Source: Candidatus Multivoradales bacterium
GTDB taxonomy: Bacteria > Acidobacteriota > Thermoanaerobaculia > Multivoradales > JAHEKO01
DNA length: 64,000 bases
Reading direction: 5' to 3'
Assembly: GCA_965223855.1 (NCBI GenBank)
Contig: CBDCXM010000009.1
Coordinates: forward strand, 96,001-160,000
Shown: in pieces, positions 9,258 through 19,188 of the stretch
Numbering within the stretch: position 1 is the stretch's first letter
How the letters are laid out: each line of letters opens with the position of its first letter
The notes under the pieces: generated by a model
What the model saw: the letters and a program-made list of their open reading frames with translations, nothing else
Databases searched by the model: none
Told to the model about the DNA's origin: nothing
Made by a program: the position numbers and the translations under genes

Positions 9258-10171
9258 GCCGGCGCCTGGACCGAATCCCAGAGCTGAGTGAGCGCGTCGT
9301 CGACGCTCTCGCGCGGCTCCCATCCGAGAGCGCGGAGCTTCGTCGTATCGGCGCTCAGAAGCGGGATGTCCGTCGGACGCAGCCGTTCCGGATCGACCTT
9401 GATACGGGCACGGACTCCCGAGACGACGATCAGTTTGTGGAGCATCTGCTCGATCGAGTGCGCTTTGCCGCTACCGAGGTTGTAGGCCTCTCCGGCAACC
9501 CCCCGCTCGAGCAGCAGGCGGTAGCCACGCACGGCGTCACCGACGGCAGTGAAATCTCGTCGCGCATCGAGATTACCGACCTCGAGGACCGGCTCCTGCT
9601 CGCCGCGCCGGATGCTCGCGAGCTGACGCGCGAAGGTCGGCAGGGCGAAGTCGGCCGACTGGCCGGGACCGATGACGTTGAAGGAACGCACGATCACCGC
9701 TCCACGCCCGGCCGCCAGCCGCTCGGCGCTCGCCTTGGTGAGTGCGTAGGGGCTCGACGGCGCGAGGATCCGACTCTCGGGAATCGGTTGCTCACCCTCC
9801 GGCACCGCACCATAGACCTCGGCACTCGAGGCAAAGAGCACCTTCGCTCCGCCAGCTTCCTCCGCCGCCTCGAGCACGTTCTCGACGCCGACGACGTTGG
9901 TCTGGAAGTAGCCCGCGAGATCGCCCCACGACCGGCCGACGTGACTGCGCCCGGCGAGGTGGACGATCGCATGCGGACGGACCTCCTCGACGCACGCACG
10001 CACGGCGCCCCGATCGAGGATGTCGAGGGTGACGGCCTGGTAGCCCGACGCGGGCGCCGCCGCTCCCTTCCCGGCCAGGCGGCCGCCCCAGACCTCGTGC
10101 CCCGCCTCCACCAGCTTCGGGGCGAGGTTCGAGCCGATGAAGCCGTCGACCCCGGTGACGAGGACCCTCAT
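9254..10171 (-). CDS. rmd: GDP-sugar extended SDR, probable GDP-4-keto-6-deoxymannose reductase (GDP-D-rhamnose)
   Basis: TGVDGFIG, SSAEVYG, PYALTK, RSFNVIGPGQ, GNLDARRDF; paired with a gmd-like gene. Confidence 0.65.
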   Translation of the reverse strand: MRVLVTGVDGFIGSNLAPKLVEAGHEVWGGRLAGKGAAAPASGYQAVTLDILDRGAVRACVEEVRPHAIVHLAGRSHVGRSWGDLAGYFQTNVVGVENVLEAAEEAGGAKVLFASSAEVYGAVPEGEQPIPESRILAPSSPYALTKASAERLAAGRGAVIVRSFNVIGPGQSADFALPTFARQLASIRRGEQEPVLEVGNLDARRDFTAVGDAVRGYRLLLERGVAGEAYNLGSGKAHSIEQMLHKLIVVSGVRARIKVDPERLRPTDIPLLSADTTKLRALGWEPRESVDDALTQLWDSVQAPA

Positions 10172-10176
10172 CGCGG

Positions 10177-11148
10177 TCAGCTCGGATCGTCTGCGAGCTT
10201 CTCCCGCCAGTAGTCGAGGGTGTCGGAGAGCGTCTTGTCGAACGGGATCTGCGGCTCCCAGCCGGTCTCGTTGCTGAACTTCGAATGGTCGCCGAGCAGG
10301 ACCTCGACGTCCGACGGGCGGAGCCGATCGGGGTCGGTCTCGATCTCGACCTCGACGCCGCTGAGCTCGATCAACCGGTCGAGCAGCTCGCGAATGGTGA
10401 TCCCCGAGCCGCTGGCGAGGTTGTAGACCTCACCCGGCGTCGCCTTCGTCACCGCCAGCCAGTAGCCGCGAACCATGTCCCGGACGTCGGTGAAGTCGCG
10501 GATCGCGTCGAGGTTGCCGACGCGGATCTTCGGCTCGGTCAGGCCCGCCTCGATCGAAGCGACCTGCTTGGCGAAGTTCGAAGTGACGAACACCTCGCCA
10601 CGGCGCGGGCCGGTGTGGTTGAAGCCGCGGGTACGGATCGCCTTGAGGCCGTAGCTCTGGTGGTACTGATAGGCGAGGTAGTCCTGGGCGACCTTCGACA
10701 CCGCGTAGGGCGAGAGCGGCCGCAACGGATTCGTCTCCTTGATCGGCGTCTCGTCGGGCAGCACGAGCCCGTACTCCTCGCTCGAACAGGCGATCTGGAT
10801 CACCGGATCGATACCGAGCGCTCTGACCGCCTCGAAGATGTGCGTCTGGCCCTCGATGTTGGTCGACAACGTGTCGGCCGGTGATCGCCAGCTCGACGGA
10901 ACGAAGCTCTGTGCCGCAAGGTGGAAGATGTAGTCGGGCTCGACCTCGGCGATCGTCGAGTGAATCGAGGTGTAGTCCCTGAGATCGGCCTCGACCAGCC
11001 GGACCCGGTCCCCCAGGTGTTCGATGTTCTCGCGGCGACTGCGCCACCGGTAGGTGCCGAACACCTCGACGTCGGGATGGTCGGCCAGCAGATAGTCCGC
11101 CAGATGGGAGCCGGCAAAGCCGGTAATCCCGGTGATCAAAGCTCGCAT
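10177..11148 (-). CDS. gmd: GDP-mannose 4,6-dehydratase family protein
   Basis: ITGITGFAGSHL, HLAAQSFV, PLSPYAVSK, FNHTGPRRGEVFVT, GNLDAIRD. Confidence 0.78.
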   Translation of the reverse strand: MRALITGITGFAGSHLADYLLADHPDVEVFGTYRWRSRRENIEHLGDRVRLVEADLRDYTSIHSTIAEVEPDYIFHLAAQSFVPSSWRSPADTLSTNIEGQTHIFEAVRALGIDPVIQIACSSEEYGLVLPDETPIKETNPLRPLSPYAVSKVAQDYLAYQYHQSYGLKAIRTRGFNHTGPRRGEVFVTSNFAKQVASIEAGLTEPKIRVGNLDAIRDFTDVRDMVRGYWLAVTKATPGEVYNLASGSGITIRELLDRLIELSGVEVEIETDPDRLRPSDVEVLLGDHSKFSNETGWEPQIPFDKTLSDTLDYWREKLADDPS

Positions 11149-11180
11149 AGTGGAAGGTCTCCTACTCGTCCCCGCCGGGA

Positions 11181-13400
11181 TCAGAAGTTGTCGTTCTCGC
11201 GGGTCGAGTCGTTGAGATCGAGGAAGTTGCCGATGTTCTTGAGTGCGATCGAGAACCGGATGTCACGGTCCTCGCGGAAGTTGTTCTTGGACTCTCGAAG
11301 GTCGAGCCGCATGCTCCAGCACTGGGTGTTGAAGGAAATCACGTGCGAGTGGTACTGCAGCTCACTGAGCTCGACGTCGTAGTTCACCGACGAGCCGAGG
11401 ATCAGACGTTGCCGAAAGAACCCGAACCCGGTGCCCAGCCTGAGGAAGCTCGTCTGGGTCTCGCCGGTCTGCGGGTCGAAGACGGTCGAGTAGTTGAGTG
11501 AGTACCTCGACGCTCCGACCTGCTTGGTTCCCGAGAGGCTGGCACGGTTGAACTGGTTGAAGAGCGTGTTGTAGGTCGACGACACGTCGAGGCTCGTCGT
11601 CTGGCTCGGCCGGTAGCGGAACTGCATGCCGATCGGGCTCTCCTGCTGCGTGAGCGTCTCCCGGTTGCCGTCGTCGTCGACGACGGTGAAGCGGGTGAGC
11701 GGCTGGTCGTCCTGGAAGCTGTAGGACTGCGACAGCTCGAGCGACATGATCTCTCGCGCTCCGAAGGGCGAGTCCTCGTCCTTCGGTTTCGCGAGCAGTC
11801 GGTTGACGAAGCGGAAGGTCGCGACCTCCCGGGCGGCGCCGACTCTGTCGAGCTGATCGAACTGCGGGATCAGCTCCTGGTTGTCGACCTCGCCCGCCGA
11901 GACATAGTCCCAACGAGGTTCGACGACGTGCTTGAACTTGCCCCACTGTCCGATTCCCTTGTGGAACACGCGCGAGACGGAGGGGCCGATGATGTTGGCC
12001 GAGAAGGTCGTCAGCGTCTGAGAGATCGACTCGCCGGTGAACGTCTGCGAGCCGCTGTCGTCGGGCTCGCTGAGGCTGTCGGTATAGGTCGCGTACCGGC
12101 TGCTGGCGTTGAGCGTGGCCGAGAGCCACGAGGTCCCGAACGGGACGGTCAACTTCGGCGAGATGTTGGCGCGCTGATAGCTGAACGCCTCGGTGTCCGA
12201 GTTCTCGAACTCGAAGTTGTGGCTGCCCGCCCCGACGGAGAAGTAGAGCGGCAGGCCGCCGATCTGGGTCGGGCGCAGCGCGTACTCGAGCTCGGGAAGC
12301 TGACGACGCGACCGGACGACGCCGGTCCCGGTGAGCTGCTCCTGCTGCTCGAACAGCAGCGACCCCGAGTGCTTGCCCCACGAGCCTTGGAGGAAGGCGC
12401 TCGAACGGATCTGGCTCACGCGGATCGAGTCGAAGTTCCGCGAGAAGTCGCGAAAGAAGTTGAAGTCCGAGAAGTCGGTGTGGTTGACGATCGCCGTCAG
12501 CCCCAGCGGGAGGTTGTCGCTGCGATGGCGCCAGTTGACCTTCCAGCGCAGCTCGCCGGCGGTTTCGGGATCGCCGTAGAGGTTGTTCTTGTCGTCGACG
12601 AACTGGGTCGAGAAGTACCCCTCGGTCCCGGCCAGCGGCTTGTAGCGGAACTCCAGGCCGTACGCATCGACGCCCTCGGAATAGGTGTCGAACTCGAAGG
12701 TGGCGTCGTAGCTGTCGCCCAGGGTCTGGAACCACGCGAGCCCGAGGACGCTGCCGCGGCGTTCGGAGTAGCCGATGTTCGGCATCAGAAAGCCGGAAGT
12801 GCGCTCGGTCTTGGCCGGCATCATCATGAACGGCGCGTAGAGGAACGGGAGCTTCTTGACCCGCATCCTCGTGTTGTAGATCTTGGCGAACCCCTCCATG
12901 ACGATGCGGGCTCGCGAGAGGCGGAAGCTCCAGGCCGGATTCTCGCTCTCGCACGAGGTGAGGATGCCGTCGCGCACCGTGTAGACGTCGGGTCCGACCT
13001 TGCTCATCTCGGCGCCCGAAAAGTAGAGGTCGCGGCCGAGCGACGCCCGGGCGTTGTAGACCGTGCCGGTGCGCGATCCGAGGTCGTACTCGAGCCGCTC
13101 GCCCGCCATGCGCTGCGGGCCCTCGTCGAGGATGACGTTCCCTTCGGCCAGCACCGTCTGATTCGTCAGGTCCATCTCGAGGCGCTGGGCCTGGATGCGC
13201 TGCCCGCCGTACTTCACGTCGACGCCGCCCGAGGCGACGATGAAGTCGGGACGCAGGTACTCCATCCGCCCGGCCAGTCCGATGGCGGTACCTCCTCCGT
13301 CTTCGACGGCGACCGGCAGACTGAAGCTCAGCCGCTGGAACTGCGGCATCTCGGAGTAGATCTGGGCCGACAGGATGAGGGCGAGGATCGTTCCGCTCAA
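11181..13400 (-). CDS. lptD: LPS-assembly outer-membrane protein LptD
   Basis: N-terminal OstA-like jellyroll, TSCESENPAW, RTSGFLMP, KHVVEP, QCWS, C-terminal beta-barrel strands. Confidence 0.85.
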   Translation of the reverse strand: MSGTILALILSAQIYSEMPQFQRLSFSLPVAVEDGGGTAIGLAGRMEYLRPDFIVASGGVDVKYGGQRIQAQRLEMDLTNQTVLAEGNVILDEGPQRMAGERLEYDLGSRTGTVYNARASLGRDLYFSGAEMSKVGPDVYTVRDGILTSCESENPAWSFRLSRARIVMEGFAKIYNTRMRVKKLPFLYAPFMMMPAKTERTSGFLMPNIGYSERRGSVLGLAWFQTLGDSYDATFEFDTYSEGVDAYGLEFRYKPLAGTEGYFSTQFVDDKNNLYGDPETAGELRWKVNWRHRSDNLPLGLTAIVNHTDFSDFNFFRDFSRNFDSIRVSQIRSSAFLQGSWGKHSGSLLFEQQEQLTGTGVVRSRRQLPELEYALRPTQIGGLPLYFSVGAGSHNFEFENSDTEAFSYQRANISPKLTVPFGTSWLSATLNASSRYATYTDSLSEPDDSGSQTFTGESISQTLTTFSANIIGPSVSRVFHKGIGQWGKFKHVVEPRWDYVSAGEVDNQELIPQFDQLDRVGAAREVATFRFVNRLLAKPKDEDSPFGAREIMSLELSQSYSFQDDQPLTRFTVVDDDGNRETLTQQESPIGMQFRYRPSQTTSLDVSSTYNTLFNQFNRASLSGTKQVGASRYSLNYSTVFDPQTGETQTSFLRLGTGFGFFRQRLILGSSVNYDVELSELQYHSHVISFNTQCWSMRLDLRESKNNFREDRDIRFSIALKNIGNFLDLNDSTRENDNF

Positions 13401-14582
13401 GCGGGGTCCCTCTCGACCACCACCGCGGTCGCCTCACCACCCCCGATGCAGATCGTCGCGCAGCCGCGACGCGCCCCCTGCTCTTCCATCGCATGCAGCA
13501 GCGTCACGAGGATGCGAGCCCCCGAGCAGCCGATCGGATGCCCGAGCGCCACGGCGCCGCCGCGCACGTTGACCCGCCCGGCGTCGAGCTTCATCTCTTC
13601 GATGAAGGCCATCGCGACCACCGCGAACGCCTCGTTGACCTCCCACAGGTCGATGTCCGAAGCCTCGAGGCCGGCTCGGTCGAGCACCCTTCGCGTCGCC
13701 GAGATCGGTGCGGTGGTGAACCACTCGGGCTCCTGCGCCGCCGACGCCTGGGCGACGAGCCGCGCCAGCGGCTTCGCCCCGAGCTTCTCGGCAGCCTGCG
13801 GCGTTCCCAGCACGAGGGCGGCCGCGCCGTCGTTGATCTTGCTGGCGTTGGCCGCCGTCACGGTGCCGTCCTCTCTGGAAAGCGGGCCGCAACTGGGTCA
13901 TCTTCTCGAAGTTGGCGCGCGCCGGCTCGTCGTCGAGCTCGACGACGAGCGGATCGCCCTTGCGCTGGGGCACGCTGACCGGGACGATCTCGGAGGCGAA
14001 CGCGCCTCGGGCGACCGCCGCCTGCGCCCGCTCGTAGCTCTCACGCGCATAGCCGTCCTGCGCTTCGCGGCTGAACTCGTAGCGGGCGGCGCAGGTCTCG
14101 GCGCAGTTGCCCATGTGCTTGTCGTCGTAGGGATCCCACAGGCCGTCGTGGATCATCGAGTCGATCAGCCTGCCGTGACCCAGTCGCAGGCCGTCTCGAG
14201 CGCCCGTCGCGAGATACGGCGCCTGGCTCATGCTCTCCATCCCACCCGCGGCGACCAGCGAGAAATCGCCGCAGCGCAGGTCGTTCGCGGCGGTCATCAC
14301 CGCCCTCATCGCCGAACCGCACACCTTGCCGACCGTGACCGCCCCGGTCGACTCCGGGCAGCCGGCGGCGAGGGTCGCCTGTCGCGCCGGTGCCTGGCCG
14401 ACACCCGCCGTCAGCACCGAGCCCAGGTAGACCTGCTCGATGGCGTCGGGCGCGGCTCCGGCGCGCTCGAACGCTCCAGCGAGCGCTCGGGCACCGAGAA
14501 CCGGCGAGGCAAGCGAAGCGAGGCTGCCTTGGAAGGCACCGATCGGCGTCCTCGCAGCACTCAGAATCAGGACGTCATTCAT
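13397..14582 (-). pseudogene. Acetyl-CoA C-acyltransferase (thiolase) split by an apparent 1-nt frameshift near 13871-13876
   Basis: N part RTPIGAFQG...KVCGSAM...GGMESMS is in one frame; TVTAANASKINDGAAA, NEAF, GHPIGCSG, CIGGG are in another. May be an assembly indel. Confidence 0.75.
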
Positions 14583-14661
14583 CAGTTTGCTAAGGTCGTC
14601 GCGCTGGGAGGGCACCGTTGGCGGGCCGTCACGGCCGACCGGATGGTAGCACAGCGATCAC

Positions 14662-15096
14662 ATGCGTTTTCTGGCCGTTGACCTCGGCGAAAAGCGGGTC
14701 GGGACGGCGATTTCGGACGCCGACGGCACCCTTGCGATGCCCTATCGGACACTCCTGAGAACGCGCGATCGCGCGCTCATCGCCGAGCTGCGCGAGATCG
14801 TGCGAAGCGAGGAAGTCGAGCGCCTCGTCGTCGGCGAACCGCGCCTTCTCGACGGCACGCGAGGGGAGGCGGCAAGACGAGCCGCAGCGCTTGCCGATCG
14901 GCTCGGCAAGGCCTGCGGGATCCCGGTCGAACTCGTCGACGAGGCGTTGACGTCGGTCGCCGCCGTGGAGCGGCTGCAGGCGGCGGGTGTCGACGTGCGC
15001 CGTCATCCCGAGCGAATCGACCAGGTGGCGGCGCAGATCATCCTCGAAGACGCCCTCGACCGCCGGGCGCGCGACGGCTCGGAGTCGGAGCGTTGA
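14662..15096 (+). CDS. ruvX: YqgF/RuvX nuclease (pre-16S rRNA maturation)
   Basis: LAVDLGEKRVGTAISD, VVGEP, VDEALTS, IDQVAAQIILE. Confidence 0.92.
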   Translation: MRFLAVDLGEKRVGTAISDADGTLAMPYRTLLRTRDRALIAELREIVRSEEVERLVVGEPRLLDGTRGEAARRAAALADRLGKACGIPVELVDEALTSVAAVERLQAAGVDVRRHPERIDQVAAQIILEDALDRRARDGSESER

Positions 15097-16136
15097 AGAA
15101 GGCTCTCCTCCTGCTGGCGCTGACGACACTTCTGGGTGCCGCCGCTGCCGCCTACTGGGCGTGGCAGAGGCTGCAGGCACCGTTCGGAGAGGTCGGCGAG
15201 GTCGAGATCGAGGTACCGGCGGGTCAGAGCGGCGCCACGATCCTGCGGCGACTGCAGGAGGCCGGAGTCGTCTGGAACGCCGAGCTCGCCCGGCTCTATC
15301 TCGTCTACCGGCTCGGGGATCCGGCGCTCAAGGCCGGCAAGTACCGGATTCCGACGCCTGCGCGGCTCGACGACGTGATCGAGAAGCTCGAGCGCGGCGA
15401 GGTCGTACTGGAGACCGTCACCGTGATCGAAGGGCTGACGGCCGAGGAAACCGCCGAGCGGCTGGCCGCCAGAGGGTTCGGAGACCGCGACCTGCTGGTG
15501 GCCGAGATGCGCTCTCCCGATCGCATTGCCGACCTCGATCCCGAAGCGACCGACCTCGAGGGGTACCTGCTTCCCGAGACCTACAGCTTTCCGGCCGACG
15601 TGACCGAGGCGGAGATCGTCGATGCCATGGTCGCCGGGTTCCGCCGCCAGTGGGAGCGACAGAAGGACACTCTCGCGATCGGCATCCGGGAGTGGGTGAC
15701 CCTCGCCTCGATCGTCGAGAAGGAAGCGCAGCTCGACGAGGAGCGACCGATCATCGCCGGGGTCTACCGCAACCGGCTCGATCGCGGGATCGCGCTCTAC
15801 GCCGATCCGACGATCATCTTCGCCCTCAAGAGGCTCGGCCGCTGGGACGGCAACCTGAGGCGGCGCGACCTCACGATGGACGATCCCTACAACACCTACA
15901 AGTACGGGGGCCTCCCACCGGGGCCGATCTGCTCACCCGGCGCCGCCAGTCTCGCCGCCGCGCGCGCACCGGCCGAGGTTCCCTACCTCTACTTCGTCAG
16001 CCGCAACGACGGCTCCCACGTGTTCGCGGAGACCCTTCGGGAGCACAACCGCAACGTCGACGAGTGGCAGCGGCGCTACTGGCGGGAGCGCCGGCAGCGG
16101 GAGCAGGAAGCCGCCGAGAGTACCGGCGGCGGATAG
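15093..16136 (+). CDS. mltG: Endolytic transglycosylase MltG
   Basis: LEGYLLPETY, LASIVEKE, ADPT, PYNTY..GLPPGPICSPG, YLYFV. Confidence 0.93.
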   Translation: MKKALLLLALTTLLGAAAAAYWAWQRLQAPFGEVGEVEIEVPAGQSGATILRRLQEAGVVWNAELARLYLVYRLGDPALKAGKYRIPTPARLDDVIEKLERGEVVLETVTVIEGLTAEETAERLAARGFGDRDLLVAEMRSPDRIADLDPEATDLEGYLLPETYSFPADVTEAEIVDAMVAGFRRQWERQKDTLAIGIREWVTLASIVEKEAQLDEERPIIAGVYRNRLDRGIALYADPTIIFALKRLGRWDGNLRRRDLTMDDPYNTYKYGGLPPGPICSPGAASLAAARAPAEVPYLYFVSRNDGSHVFAETLREHNRNVDEWQRRYWRERRQREQEAAESTGGG

Positions 16137-16267
16137 TGCCCCTACCATGAAGCCATGGGTTGGCGCCAGAATATGGTACACTCTCTGCCACAATTTCGGC
16201 GGATGTACCGGTCGGCTGATTTCGGCCCGGCCGTGATGGCGAGCCCACCAAGAGAGAGGCCAAGGCA

Positions 16268-18388
16268 ATGACGACACCGCAACAGTTCGGCGAGTACCTC
16301 CTGTTCCGTCGCCTGACGACGGACGCGATGGGCGAGACCTATCGAGCGGGCAAGATCGGCAGTCAGGGGATCGAGAGAGTCGTCCTTCTCCGGCTGTTCA
16401 ACGGGCCGTCGATTCAGGCGGAGACGCTATGGCGCAGCATCGCCGATCGCATGGGCCTCCAGCGGATTCTGCAGAACCCGCACATCGGCGACTGCACGGA
16501 TATCGGCCGAGTGGGCAACGTGCCGTTCGTCGCCTACGAGTACGTGTCGGGCAAGAGCCTCGCCGAGCTTCTCGAGCAGGCCCGTTCGCGCGTCTTCCAG
16601 ATTCCGACCGAGCACGCGCTCTTCATCGTCGAGCGCCTGACCTTCGGCCTGACCGCCGCCTACTCGACCCGGCTGCGCGAGGAGCGGATTCAGCACGGCT
16701 TCCTCGTGCCCGAGAACGTCCTGCTGTCGAACGAGGGCGAAGTGCGGCTCATCGGCTTCGAGTCGGGTGCCGGGCAGCGCGAGTTCCTCACCGGAGCGCC
16801 GATGCGCGAAGCGTTCGGCCCCTACGTCGCGCCCGAGGTCGGTCCGGGAAGTCCGCGCCGCCCCACCGACGACGTCTTCGCCCTCGGTTCGCTCCTCTAC
16901 GAGCTACTCACCGGCAAGCGGCTGGAGCACCCGGCCGATGGGAACTTCGACCCGTTGGTCGACGAAGCGACGCTGGCCGCCGAGGAGAAGCCCCTGCCGC
17001 CGGCGCTGAGAGCGCTCCTCAAGAGCAGTCTCGCCGCGGTCGGGCAGCGGATCGGCGACATCCAGCAGTGGCAGCAGGCCTTCAGCCGCTTCATCTCCGA
17101 AGCGGAGTACAGCCCGACGACCTTCAACCTCGCGTTCTTCATGCACACGCTGTTCGGCGGCGAGATCGAGCAGGAGAGCGTCGACATCGAGCGCGAGAAG
17201 GCGACCCAGGTCGACGTCACGGCGCTGGCGCAGACCACCATCAGCGAGCCCCCTCCGGGCCCGTCCGATACGGTCCTGATCCCGCCCGAGAGCAAGGCGG
17301 CGGAGACCGTCATCTCGCCACCGCCGGCGGCCCCGCAGGGTGGGTCCGGCCAGTACGGCGGAAGCCCGCGAAAGCCGACCAACTGGAAGCTCTTCGCCCC
17401 CTTCGCCCTGCTGGCCGTCCTCGGCGGTCTGGCCGTGGCCTACTACTTCTCCGGTGGCCTCGGCGGCGACGCGACACAGAACGCCTCGATGCCCGCTTCC
17501 ACCGAGGACGGGACCGACCTCGCTGCCGGCACTTCTCCCCTGTTGCCTCCCGCCGAGGGTGAGACCTCGGATGGCGAGGCACTGACTCTGGACCCGCCCG
17601 CCGACGACACCGCTGCGGCGGCGGCCGGCGGCGACGCGGTCCCCTCGCCCACTGAAGTGCAGGCGAGTCAGGGGCCGAGCGACGCGATCGACGTCGCATC
17701 GGTAGCCGCCCCGCCGACGCCCGAGGAGGTCGAGCGTCAGATTCGCGATCTCGTCGCTCGCGAGATGGAAGGCGAGATGCAGGCGAAGTACGAGGAAGAG
17801 CTCGAGCTCCTGCGGGCACAGCTGGAAGAGGCGCGAATCGCCCAGGAAGAGCAGGCTGCCGAGGCGGCCCGAGTCGCTCAGCAGGCCGCCGCGCAACCAC
17901 CGGCGCGCGAGAGCTCGACGCCCGAAGCCGCCACCGAGACCCAGGCCCCGGCTCAGCAGCGGGCCGCCGCCGCGGGCACGGAAGCTCAAGCCTCGACCAC
18001 CGACGCGGCCGCCTCGACGCAGGCCGCCCAGCAGGAGGCCGAACCGGCCGTCAGCGAGCCCGAGCCGGCGCCCCAGAAGCCGGCACAGCTCGGGGATCTG
18101 GTGGAGCCTGGAGTCGGTGTCACGCCGCCGCAGATCCAGCAGCGGCCGAGCCCGCGATACCCGCCCGGCGCGCAGCGCCTCGGCAAGTCGGCGACCATCA
18201 AGCTCCGTATCCTCGTCGACGAGAACGGTCGTGTGGCCGACGTCCAGCCGGACGGAGAGCCGGCGGGTTTCGGTTTCGACGAGGCCGCCGAGGCGGCCGC
18301 ACGCCGGACCCGCTGGAGCGCAGCTCAGAAGGACGGTGTCCGGGTCAGGATGTGGGTCGATCTGACGATCGCTTTCCGGCCGCAGTAG
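16268..18388 (+). CDS. Hanks-type kinase-like (pseudokinase) domain - TM - Pro/Ala linker - TonB C-terminal domain fusion
   Basis: FGEY, YEYVSGKSL, HGFLVPENVLLS, YVAPE, DVFALGSLLYELLTG; one TM segment; PRYPP..ILVDENGRV..GFDEAA..KDGVRVRMW. Confidence 0.82.
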   Translation: MTTPQQFGEYLLFRRLTTDAMGETYRAGKIGSQGIERVVLLRLFNGPSIQAETLWRSIADRMGLQRILQNPHIGDCTDIGRVGNVPFVAYEYVSGKSLAELLEQARSRVFQIPTEHALFIVERLTFGLTAAYSTRLREERIQHGFLVPENVLLSNEGEVRLIGFESGAGQREFLTGAPMREAFGPYVAPEVGPGSPRRPTDDVFALGSLLYELLTGKRLEHPADGNFDPLVDEATLAAEEKPLPPALRALLKSSLAAVGQRIGDIQQWQQAFSRFISEAEYSPTTFNLAFFMHTLFGGEIEQESVDIEREKATQVDVTALAQTTISEPPPGPSDTVLIPPESKAAETVISPPPAAPQGGSGQYGGSPRKPTNWKLFAPFALLAVLGGLAVAYYFSGGLGGDATQNASMPASTEDGTDLAAGTSPLLPPAEGETSDGEALTLDPPADDTAAAAAGGDAVPSPTEVQASQGPSDAIDVASVAAPPTPEEVERQIRDLVAREMEGEMQAKYEEELELLRAQLEEARIAQEEQAAEAARVAQQAAAQPPARESSTPEAATETQAPAQQRAAAAGTEAQASTTDAAASTQAAQQEAEPAVSEPEPAPQKPAQLGDLVEPGVGVTPPQIQQRPSPRYPPGAQRLGKSATIKLRILVDENGRVADVQPDGEPAGFGFDEAAEAAARRTRWSAAQKDGVRVRMWVDLTIAFRPQ

Positions 18389-18419
18389 TCACCGCGGCGG
18401 TCGTCACCCCGGCTTTGCT

Positions 18420-19172
18420 CTAGCTACCTTCTTTCGCGCGTGCCGACGCGAGGCGCGCTCGGGCGACGAGCGCCTCGAAGTCGGGCTCCTCGAGCATCCG
18501 GTCCGCCAGCTGGCGCAGGACCGGCTCGAGCCACTGTGAGTAGCGCGCGGCCGGGTCACCCTCGCCCGCCTCGATCTCGAGCGCGACCGAACGCTCGATC
18601 GGCCACTCGAGTCGCAGCCGATCGGACCAGACGACGCGCCCCTCGCGTGCCGACCAGAGAGTGGCTCCGAACTCGGTCACGAAGTAGCTCTGCCCGCTGT
18701 CGAGACCGGGAATCCGACCGACGCTGCGCTTGACGAAGCCGGGCAGGGTCGGCGCGTACTCCAACAGCTCTCCTCCCAGCACGAAGTCGACGTCGAGGAT
18801 TCGACCGGCCTTGATCGCAGAGGCCGGCGACAGAGAGCCCTGATCGCGCAACCGCTCCTCGAGAGCCAGCCGGTCGAGTTCGACACGATCGAACGCCTCG
18901 AGAAGACCGGTCTCCTCGAGCCTGCCCGCGAAGAGGTCGCGAGCCTGCGGCTCCCCTTCGGCAAGCCACCATTCGTCCGCGACCGGCACGTCGAACCGTA
19001 CGACGGCGACTCGAGCGCGAGAATCCCCCGCCTCCGAGACAACTTCGTCCTCGGCCCCCGGGGGTGGGTCGGACGGTAGCTCGGGTGGTGAGTCGGCCGC
19101 CGCGACGGTCGCCATCAGGAGCGCGCATGAAAAAGCCCGGCACCGTTTCCGGCGCCGGACTCGGGACTGCAA
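18420..19172 (-). CDS. CsgG/HfaB-like protein (divergent paralog); start uncertain
   Basis: RVAVVRF, FDRVELDRLALEERL, SPASAIKAGRILDVDFVLGGEL. Confidence 0.65.
   Translation of the reverse strand: MQSRVRRRKRCRAFSCALLMATVAAADSPPELPSDPPPGAEDEVVSEAGDSRARVAVVRFDVPVADEWWLAEGEPQARDLFAGRLEETGLLEAFDRVELDRLALEERLRDQGSLSPASAIKAGRILDVDFVLGGELLEYAPTLPGFVKRSVGRIPGLDSGQSYFVTEFGATLWSAREGRVVWSDRLRLEWPIERSVALEIEAGEGDPAARYSQWLEPVLRQLADRMLEEPDFEALVARARLASARAKEGS
19130..19161 (-). terminator. Intrinsic terminator after the upstream CsgG-like gene
   Basis: Minus strand reads AGUCCGGCGCCG-GAAA-CGGUGCCGGGCU-UUUU. Confidence 0.7.
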
Positions 19173-19188
19173 CTCCGGGCTGGCGACC

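Noticed and set aside
11928-14681. Long antisense or alternate-frame ORFs (also 1803-3584, 36912-38789, 56940-59225 and many others)
   Set aside because: Shadow ORFs of high-GC genes; they overlap well-supported CDSs and have no motifs
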